The notes below the pieces were generated by a model. The model was given only the letters and a program-made list of their open reading frames with translations. It did no database searches and was not told the origin of the DNA. Below, in pieces: positions 53,503 to 64,000 of a DNA stretch of 64,000 nucleotides (position 1 is the first letter of the stretch; the number at the start of each line of letters is the position of its first letter). The stretch is from Tagaea sp. (GTDB lineage: Bacteria; Pseudomonadota; Alphaproteobacteria; CACIAM-22H2): NCBI GenBank assembly GCA_965279525.1, contig CBDIIB010000004.1, forward strand, positions 1,088,001 to 1,152,000, in the 5' to 3' direction. Position numbers and translations under genes: made by a program.

Positions 53503-53846
53503 TTACCGCCACGCTGCGGCATAGGCCAGACGCAGCGCTATTCGTACCGCAGCCTGCGCGTCCGTTTCCAGTTCCGCGCTGCCGGGATAGTCGCCGCCGC
53601 CCAGATGGGCCACGCGGTTGCGCCGCTCGCGCAGCCAGTCGAATTCGCCGTCTTCGCCGCCAGCGCGGCGCACGGCGGCTTCGGCAAGCGCATAGGCGAG
53701 CACGACGGTCGCGGCACAGGCCCCCGCGCAATAGGCACGCTTCAGCTCGTCGAGGGCCGCCGCCCAGCCTTCGGGCAGCTCGGCGGCCTGCGGCGGGGCG
53801 TTCGCGGCGTGCGCGCGCGCGAACCAGTCGGCGCGCGCGTCGGCGC

Positions 53847-53850
<4 letters not shown>
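53503..53850 (-). CDS. Hypothetical protein (about 115 aa)
   Basis: GTGA coupling to pccA; helical sequence with DWLRERRNRVAH. Confidence 0.6.
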
Positions 53851-55868
<2,018 letters not shown>

Positions 55869-55873
55869 CTTCG

Positions 55874-56070
55874 TCACTTTCTCGATCCGATAATTTCGCG
55901 CGACCAGGCCCAGTGCGCCGCCAGCGGCAGCGACCACGCGGTCGCCAGCCACATCCACCATGGATAGGCGGGATTCGTCAGCACGTTGACGGCGATGGCC
56001 AGCATCAGCACGGCGACGAACACCATCGCGTGCAGGCGGAAACGACGCAGCTTGTCGGCGCGCGGGTCGC

Positions 56071-56074
<4 letters not shown>
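55874..56074 (-). CDS. Small two-transmembrane (2TM-domain-like) protein
   Basis: FRLHAMVF...AVN...YPWWMW...AHW pattern; GTGA overlap with the pccB stop. Confidence 0.65.
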
Positions 56075-57603
<1,529 letters not shown>

Positions 57604-57660
57604 CGTCCCCGCCTCGCTTGCCCGTTCCTCAGCGTCCGTCACAGACGCATAACAAAGCCG

Positions 57661-58389
57661 TCACCCCAGCGCCAGTCTGAAAAACCTTTGTGTATCAGTC
57701 AGTTCCTTGCGAATTGCCGCGTGCTTCGCGATCAGCACCGGATCGTCGCCCCAGCGGCCGATCTGGTAGAGCGAATCGAGTTCGGCCGCATCGAAGGCCG
57801 CCGGTGCTTCGATCCGGCCATCCGCCAGCGCGAGCCCGATCGCCAGCGAACCGGTTGCCACGACGGCAACGCCAAGGCCGGCAAGCTTCAGGTCGTCGAA
57901 CCCGGCCAGCGCGCCGCGAAGGGCGGCAAGGCTCGCCGCCGGCTGTTCGGGTGGCAGCAGCGAGGTGTGCGTTTCCAGCCGCGCGTCGTAGGCAAGTGCC
58001 AGCCAGTCGAGCAGCGGTTGCCAGATCTCCGTCTGGCGGGCGACAAGATCGCGCGGCTTGTCGGCGCGATAGCAGAGAAGTTCGGTCTCGGCGTGGGCGA
58101 GCAGCTCGTCGATCATCGCGGCGCGCTTGGCCGGGATGCGATCAAGTGCCGTGCCCACGATCCGCGTCAGCGGCACCTTGTCGAAATCGACCTTGGCGGC
58201 CTTGCCGCGCGCGAGCACGCCTGTCCATTCGGCGGCCAGCGCCTCGGCGAATTCCCGTCGCCGGGTCCGGATGACAGCACCCGCCGGGCTCTTCAACGGC
58301 TTGCCGTCGAGAGTGAGCGAATAGCCGCCGTCGGCCTCGGCGACGACCGCAGGCTCGGCAAAGCCGGCAGCAATGCTCGCGTCGCTCAA
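57661..58389 (-). CDS. ATP12 family F1-ATPase chaperone
   Basis: LDGKPLKSP, LAAEW, LLCYRA, WQPLLDW, QIGRWG; TTG start overlapping the asmA stop. Confidence 0.88.
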   Translation of the reverse strand: MSDASIAAGFAEPAVVAEADGGYSLTLDGKPLKSPAGAVIRTRRREFAEALAAEWTGVLARGKAAKVDFDKVPLTRIVGTALDRIPAKRAAMIDELLAHAETELLCYRADKPRDLVARQTEIWQPLLDWLALAYDARLETHTSLLPPEQPAASLAALRGALAGFDDLKLAGLGVAVVATGSLAIGLALADGRIEAPAAFDAAELDSLYQIGRWGDDPVLIAKHAAIRKELTDTQRFFRLALG

Positions 58390-60743
58390 CGGCCGAAGAG
58401 TCCGCGTAGTCCGCCCGGTGAAGCCGGTGCCGGTGCGGGCGCAGGTGCCGTCTGTGCTGGTGCCGTCTGTCCGGATGCCGGGCGCGCCGGTGCCGGTGCC
58501 GGCCGCCCCGTCGCGGCCGCAAGCGCCTGGCCGCAGGCGTCCGACGCCGCCGCCGGGCGCTGCTGCTGTTGCTGCTGCTGCCCGCCGCCGAACAGGCCGG
58601 TGATCGCCCCTGCCCCGCCCTGCGCGATGCCCGTAACGGTCCCGAGCGTTCCCTGCGCAAGGGCCTGCGCCGTGCCCGCCGCATCGGGCGTATAGGTCGG
58701 CTTGGCAAGCGTGCCACCGATATTGAAGGCGACAGGACCGGCGATCTGGTTGAGCGCCAGCTGCTCGGTCGCGAGATTGACCGTGCCGGTCGTGCGCGCC
58801 GACATGACGCCCGTGTCGATCAGGCCCGCCTTGTAGACGCCGATGCCGTTGCTGAAATCTATCTTGTGGATCGCACAGCGCACCGAGGTGCCGATGGTCA
58901 CGCGCGACAAGGGCGGGAACACGGAGCCCAGCCACTCGCCGATCACCTTGGTCGCCGCCTGCCCCAGTTCGCCCGGCCCCATGTTGAGATAGACGTCGCC
59001 CGCAAGCGACGCGGCAAGCTGGCGCGCGGTGTCGCCGGCCCCGCGCAGGCTCACGTCCAGCGTGGTGGCGCCGCCCTTGAACCAGTCGTTGAGCTTGCGC
59101 TCGGTCAGCACGCGGCCGACATCGAGCTGGCGCATTTCGATCTTGTGCGTGAAGCTTTTCTGCGCGGCATTCGCCGTCGCGTCGAGCGCGAACTTGCCGC
59201 CGTCCACTTCAAAGGTCAGCGGGCGCAGCGTCAGCACGCCGTTCGCCACGACGAGCTGCAGGTTGAGACCCTTGAGCGTGGCGCCGTCGGCGACGATCGT
59301 GCCGGCAGCGTATTTGATGTCCGCGTTCGCGGCGTTGAGCAGGTCGAACGGCACCTTCTCGTTCGGGATCACGCGGCCGTCCGCGGGTGCCGCACCGGCA
59401 CTTCCCGAAGCGGCAGGCCGCGCCGGTGCCGCACCGGCGGGCTTCGGCGGGAGCAGCTTGACGAGATCGACCGTCTGCGAGCGCAGGTTCGCCTGCACCG
59501 ACGGTTTGGCGCCCGGCGGAACGGCGATGGTCGCCTCGCCGGTCAGGTCGACGGCGTTCGACGGGCCCGCCTTCAGGTTGATGCCCGAGATCTGGTAGCG
59601 CGCCGCCGCCGTGTCGCGGACCTGCAGCTGCAGGTCGAGCGGACCGGTCACCGGCGGTTCCAGCTTCGCGGCCTTGAACGGGGCGGCCAGATCCTGCGAC
59701 GTCGCCTTGACGGCGAGATTCATGCCGCGCTGCTGCGTGGGATCCTGGAACGCACCGGTAACTTCGAGGCGGATCGTATCCGCCTTGCCGAGATCGATCT
59801 TGATTTCGGGAAGCGTCGGGCGACCCGACGGGCCGTTGTCAGCCGCCTTCACGGAAAGCTTCAGCGGCCCGAGTGCCGGAATTTCCTGCTTGGCGAGTGC
59901 CGCGAGCTTCTGCAGCTCCGGCACGTCGGCGGTAAGCTCGATGTTGTAACCCTTGCCTTGCGAAGGCGCCACGATGCCGCCCGCAACGCGCGCGGTCATC
60001 GCGTTGTCGCCAAGCGTCAGCGTGACGTCTACGGGCCACGGCGAACCGCTGTTGCGCGTCAGGCGCTCGACCGAACCGACCTGGCCCTTCAGCGCGAATT
60101 TGAGCTCGCCCGACAGCTCCGGCACGTTGGCCAGGCCCGCGATGTCGAGACGCAGCGGCGAGGAAGCGGAATCGGCGTTCAGCAGCACGCGTTCGAGCTT
60201 CACTTCCTTGGTCTCGCGCGTGACGCCGTCGCGGAAGGCGAAGCGCGCGTTGCGCAGTTCGACCTCGCGAACGACCGGCAACGGCGCGTCGCCGCCGGCC
60301 TGTGCCGCCGGCTGGCCCTGCGGCTGGGCAGGTGCCGCCGGTCCGGCCGCCTGGAACTCCCAGTTGCCCTTGCCCGCGCGGTCGGTCTCGAGAAGGATGT
60401 CGGTATCGAGCAGGACGAGGCGCTTCACCTCCACCTGCTTGGAAATCAGCGGCATCAAGGCCACCTGCACCTCGAAGCGGCCGACCTTGACCATCTCGGG
60501 CCGAGTACCCCAGGCAGCGTTGCCGAACGTCACGTCGGAAATCCCGAAAGTCGGCGACAGACCCAACGACAGCTTGATGTCGCCCTTGAGCACGAGATCG
60601 CGCCCCGTCGCGGTCTTGGCAGCCTCGACGATCTGCGGCTTGTACTGGTTGGGATCGATCGACGACGCGATCACGAACACGGCGCCGAACGCGACGACGA
60701 TCAGGCCGACCAGTCCGATGGCGAGCCATTTCAGGATGCGCAT
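58386..60743 (-). CDS. AsmA family protein
   Basis: N-terminal TM, DPNQYK...TGRDL...GDI, GKGNW; beta-rich body. Confidence 0.85.
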   Translation of the reverse strand: MRILKWLAIGLVGLIVVAFGAVFVIASSIDPNQYKPQIVEAAKTATGRDLVLKGDIKLSLGLSPTFGISDVTFGNAAWGTRPEMVKVGRFEVQVALMPLISKQVEVKRLVLLDTDILLETDRAGKGNWEFQAAGPAAPAQPQGQPAAQAGGDAPLPVVREVELRNARFAFRDGVTRETKEVKLERVLLNADSASSPLRLDIAGLANVPELSGELKFALKGQVGSVERLTRNSGSPWPVDVTLTLGDNAMTARVAGGIVAPSQGKGYNIELTADVPELQKLAALAKQEIPALGPLKLSVKAADNGPSGRPTLPEIKIDLGKADTIRLEVTGAFQDPTQQRGMNLAVKATSQDLAAPFKAAKLEPPVTGPLDLQLQVRDTAAARYQISGINLKAGPSNAVDLTGEATIAVPPGAKPSVQANLRSQTVDLVKLLPPKPAGAAPARPAASGSAGAAPADGRVIPNEKVPFDLLNAANADIKYAAGTIVADGATLKGLNLQLVVANGVLTLRPLTFEVDGGKFALDATANAAQKSFTHKIEMRQLDVGRVLTERKLNDWFKGGATTLDVSLRGAGDTARQLAASLAGDVYLNMGPGELGQAATKVIGEWLGSVFPPLSRVTIGTSVRCAIHKIDFSNGIGVYKAGLIDTGVMSARTTGTVNLATEQLALNQIAGPVAFNIGGTLAKPTYTPDAAGTAQALAQGTLGTVTGIAQGGAGAITGLFGGGQQQQQQQRPAAASDACGQALAAATGRPAPAPARPASGQTAPAQTAPAPAPAPASPGGLRGLFGR

Positions 60744-61426
60744 TTCCGATTCTCCCAGATCTTCCGGACGAGGCCGGGCAATTCCGCGTAGTCATCCGCC
60801 AGCCGGTCCGCCCCGGCCTGACGCAGATCGTCGGGCGAATGATAGCCCCAAACCACGCCGAGCGCGCCAACCTTGGCGGCTTTGGCCATCGCCATGTCGA
60901 AGCTCGTGTCGCCGATCATCACGGTATCCACGGGCCGCACGCCGACCTCTTCCATCGCCCAGTGCAGCATTGTCGGATCGGGCTTGCCGGGTGCCCGGTC
61001 GGCGGTCTGCAGCGTGACGAACCGGCTATGGAGATTGTGGCTGCCGAGGACCGCGTCAAGTCCCCGCCGGGCCTTGCCGGTCGCGATACCCAGCAGCCAG
61101 CCATCGGCCTGCAACGCGTCGAGGGCGGCAAGCGCGCCCGGGAACATCGGCTCGACCATGCCGCCGTCGGTGCGCAGCTCGAAAAAGGCGCGCTTGTACC
61201 CCTCGACGAGACGCGCGTGGGTCGGACCGTCGCTGCCGGGGGCGAGCAAGACCATGCACTTTTCCAGCGGCAGGCCGATCACGCGGTGCGTCTGCGCAAG
61301 GCTCGGTGCCGGCAGCGCCAGCTCGCCGAAAGCACTTTCCATGCAGGCCTGGATCGCGTGCTGGCTGTCGACCAGCGTGCCATCGAAATCGAAGATCGCC
61401 AGTTTCGGGCCGGGTTCGGTTGCCAT
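60731..61426 (-). CDS. HAD-IA family hydrolase (phosphoglycolate phosphatase-like)
   Basis: FDFDGTLVDS, IATGK, KPDP, MIGDTSFD. Confidence 0.92.
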   Translation of the reverse strand: MATEPGPKLAIFDFDGTLVDSQHAIQACMESAFGELALPAPSLAQTHRVIGLPLEKCMVLLAPGSDGPTHARLVEGYKRAFFELRTDGGMVEPMFPGALAALDALQADGWLLGIATGKARRGLDAVLGSHNLHSRFVTLQTADRAPGKPDPTMLHWAMEEVGVRPVDTVMIGDTSFDMAMAKAAKVGALGVVWGYHSPDDLRQAGADRLADDYAELPGLVRKIWENRKCAS

Positions 61427-61437
61427 CGTGCGCGCCG

Positions 61438-62445
61438 TCAGTCGCGCGGGAACGGATCGACGCGCGCGTCGGGATCGAAGCCGAAGAACTCCCACGTCTT
61501 GCGCATGTGGAACGGCAACGGTGCCCGCACCTTGAGCATTCCGTCGCCCGACGGATGCGGCAGCTCGATCGAACGGGCGTGCAGGTGCAGCTTGGCCGAC
61601 AATCCATCGCCGACCAGCCGCGCCTTCGCCGCCCCGTACTTGCCGTCGCCGACCACGGGTGTCTGGAGTGCTTCGGCACAATGGACGCGCAGCTGGTGCG
61701 TGCGTCCGGTGCGCGGCCACAGCACGAGCCACGCGGCGCGGTCGCCGGCGATGTCGACGGTCGAATAGAGCGTGAGCGCGCGCTTGCCGTCTTCCTCGTT
61801 CGCGGCCATGTGCTCGTGACCCGAAGAACCCGCCTCCTTGGCCAGCGCCATGTCGATCTTGCCCTGGTCCGGCTTCGGCACGCCGGCGACCAGCGCCCAG
61901 TAGATCTTGCGCGCGTTGCGGTGGCGGAACGAATCGCCCAGGCGCTGCGCGTTCTTGGCTCCACGCGCGAGTACCAGCACGCCCGACGTGTCGCGATCGA
62001 GCCGGTGGACGAGCTTGGGGCGCCCTTCCACGTCGAACTGGAGCGCGTCCAGCATGCCGTCGATGTGCCGTTCGGTTCCCGTCCCGCCCTGCACGGCAAT
62101 GCCCGGCGGCTTGTTGAGCACGATGACGTCGTCGTCCTTGTAGATGACGCAGCCCTGGATCATCTCGGCGTCTGCCTTCGAGACTTTGGGGCGCTCACGC
62201 GCCACGCCGGGGGCGGAGACCTCGTCCGGCGGCGGCATCTCGATGTTCGGCGGCAGGCGGATCGCCTGCTCGGGCTCGAGCCGCTGGCTCGATTTCGCGC
62301 GCTTGCCGTCGACGCGGATCTGCCCGGTGCGCAGCAGCTTCTCGATGCGCCCCTGCCCAAGGGCGGGATACTTGCGCTTCAGCCAGCGGTCGAGCCGCTG
62401 GTCGGCATCGTCGATCTTGACGAGAATGGTCACGACGCCGGTCAT
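61438..62445 (-). CDS. rluC: RluA-family 23S rRNA pseudouridine synthase with S4 domain
   Basis: QRLDRWL, NKPPG, VHRLDRDTSG, TGRTHQLRVH. Confidence 0.88.
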   Translation of the reverse strand: MTGVVTILVKIDDADQRLDRWLKRKYPALGQGRIEKLLRTGQIRVDGKRAKSSQRLEPEQAIRLPPNIEMPPPDEVSAPGVARERPKVSKADAEMIQGCVIYKDDDVIVLNKPPGIAVQGGTGTERHIDGMLDALQFDVEGRPKLVHRLDRDTSGVLVLARGAKNAQRLGDSFRHRNARKIYWALVAGVPKPDQGKIDMALAKEAGSSGHEHMAANEEDGKRALTLYSTVDIAGDRAAWLVLWPRTGRTHQLRVHCAEALQTPVVGDGKYGAAKARLVGDGLSAKLHLHARSIELPHPSGDGMLKVRAPLPFHMRKTWEFFGFDPDARVDPFPRD

Positions 62446-63761
62446 TCTTCCCTCACACGCCGCTCGCGCAGCTTGGCCCAGTAGTCGAGACGCTTGCGGA
62501 TCTCGCGTTCGAACCCGCGTTCGGCGGGATCGTAGAAGGTTTCGCGCCGCAGACCGTCGGGAAAATAGTTCTGCCCGGAGAACCCGTCGGGCGCGTCGTG
62601 GTCGTAGGCATAGCCCTTGCCGTAGCCCAGATCCTTCATCAGCTGCGTGGGCGCGTTGAGGATGTGGGCCGGCGGCATCAACGACCCGGTCGTCTTCGCG
62701 GCCCGCTGGGACCTCCCGAAGGCGATATAGGCGGCGTTCGACTTGGGCGCCGTCGCCAGATAGACGACCGCCTGGGCGATGGCAAGCTCGCCCTCGGGCG
62801 AGCCCAGGAAATCGTAGGTGTCCTTGGCGGCGAGTGCCTGCTGGATGGCCTGCGGATCGGCAAGGCCGATATCCTCGACCGCGAAGCGCACGAGCCGGCG
62901 CACGATGTAGAGCGGCTCCTCGCCGCCCGCGAGCATGCGCGAGAGCCAGTAGAGGGCGGCATCCACGTCCGAGCCTCGCATCGACTTGTGCAGCGCCGAG
63001 ATGAGGTTGTAATGCCCCTCCTGCCCCTTGTCGTAGAGCGGGGCGCGGCGCTGGACCGCGCGCGCGAGCCCTTCGGTATCGAGCGGATCGCCCCGGTGCT
63101 GGAAGACCTGTTCGGCGAGATTGTAGAGATAGCGCCCGTCGCCGTCGGCCATCGCGATCATGGCACCGCGCGCGTCGTCGTTGACGGGCAGCTTGCGGCC
63201 CTCGGCTTCCTCGGCCTTGGCGAGCAATGCCAGCAGCGTCGCCTCGTCGAGGCGCTTCAGGACCAGTACCTGGCAGCGCGACAGCAGGGCGGCGTTGATC
63301 TCGAAGGACGGGTTTTCGGTCGTGGCGCCCACGAGCGTGACGGTCCCGTCCTCGACGAAGGGCAGGAACCCGTCCTGCTGGGCGCGGTTGAAGCGGTGGA
63401 TCTCGTCGACGAACAGCAGCGTGCCCTTGCCCATCGCGCGCCGTTCGGCGGCTTCCGAGAAAGCCTTGCGCAGGTCGGCCACGCCCGAGAACACGGCCGA
63501 CAGCGGCACGAATTCGAGCCCGACCGCGTCGGCCAGCAGGCGCGCGATCGTCGTCTTGCCGCAGCCCGGCGGCCCCCACAGCACGATCGAAGCGAGCTTG
63601 CGGTTGGCGAGCATGCGCGCGAGCGGCCCGTCGCCCTGCAGCAGATGGTCCTGGCCTGCGACCTCGCCAAGCGTGGCCGGGCGCAGCCGCTCGGCCAGCG
63701 GGCGTGCGGCTGCCGGGGCCGCGAACAGACCGGGCGCCGAAGCGGGACGCTGGCCCTTCAT
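62442..63761 (-). CDS. rarA: Replication-associated recombination protein A
   Basis: PLAERLRP, WGPPGCGKTT, DEIHRFN, GATTENPSF, ISALHKS, EDIGLADP. Confidence 0.95.
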   Translation of the reverse strand: MKGQRPASAPGLFAAPAAARPLAERLRPATLGEVAGQDHLLQGDGPLARMLANRKLASIVLWGPPGCGKTTIARLLADAVGLEFVPLSAVFSGVADLRKAFSEAAERRAMGKGTLLFVDEIHRFNRAQQDGFLPFVEDGTVTLVGATTENPSFEINAALLSRCQVLVLKRLDEATLLALLAKAEEAEGRKLPVNDDARGAMIAMADGDGRYLYNLAEQVFQHRGDPLDTEGLARAVQRRAPLYDKGQEGHYNLISALHKSMRGSDVDAALYWLSRMLAGGEEPLYIVRRLVRFAVEDIGLADPQAIQQALAAKDTYDFLGSPEGELAIAQAVVYLATAPKSNAAYIAFGRSQRAAKTTGSLMPPAHILNAPTQLMKDLGYGKGYAYDHDAPDGFSGQNYFPDGLRRETFYDPAERGFEREIRKRLDYWAKLRERRVREE

Positions 63762-64000
63762 CCGCCGACCGTGGTGGTGAGCGTGCGCTCGCCGCGCCGG
63801 ACCTGCAGGCGCCAGGGCAGCGGCGTCTGGGCAGCCTTGCGCGCATCCTCGACCGTCGCGATCGCCCGGTCGTTGACGCGCAGGATCAGGTCGCCCGGCT
63901 GAAGGCGCAGCTGGGCGGCCGGGCTGCCGCGGCGGATCTCGGTGACGATGACGCCGCGTGCCGGCAGGTCGATGCCGAGTTCCTCGACGAAGGCCGGCGA
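63758..64000 (-). CDS. C-terminal PDZ domain of a DegP/DegQ-type serine protease (5' part outside the window)
   Basis: Manual translation ...ELGIDLPARGVIVTEIRRGSPAAQLRLQPGDLILRVN...RRGERTLTTTVGG*; ATGA overlap with rarA. Confidence 0.75.
   Translation of the reverse strand, partial: SPAFVEELGIDLPARGVIVTEIRRGSPAAQLRLQPGDLILRVNDRAIATVEDARKAAQTPLPWRLQVRRGERTLTTTVGG

Noticed and set aside
58560-58581. CAG/CAA poly-Gln tract in asmA as a phase-variation locus
   Set aside because: In-frame, interrupted triplet repeat in a disordered tail; slippage would not switch the gene.

Overview
High-GC core-genome segment of an alphaproteobacterium (Rhodospirillales-like gene content), densely coding, with no prophage, integrase, transposase or CRISPR array. 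Main blocks: mlaD/NDUFA12; a B12-dependent ribonucleotide reductase (nrdJ) with a long multi-operator upstream region; clpS-clpA and a phasin; a D-Ala-D-Ala carboxypeptidase; a cupin/NitT-TauT ABC transporter/atypical DHDPS-family operon; galU-ugd-pgm; mipZ-VWA-J-domain; a CheY-like/Hpt/DUF1489 module; the leucine (liu) catabolic cluster; maeB, tRNA-Leu(GAG) and lipB; pccBA; and degQ-rarA-rluC-HAD-asmA-atp12. The most unusual signals are (i) a cryptic intergenic element at 22.3-22.6 kb with an rrn-like promoter-hairpin-boxA layout, GTTGAC repeats and a REP-like doublet, (ii) an uptake/catabolic operon built on a DHDPS-fold enzyme with a remodelled active site, (iii) a one-cysteine racemase-fold gene coupled to an orphan 366-aa gene, (iv) a Cle-type c-di-GMP-motif response regulator paired with an Hpt protein, (v) MipZ co-transcribed with a VWA protein and a Pam18-like J-protein, and (vi) a K+ channel gene embedded in the liu operon. 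Two +1 frameshifts and small insertions in the tRNA suggest residual sequencing or assembly errors. All calls come from reading motifs by eye; no database searches were run.
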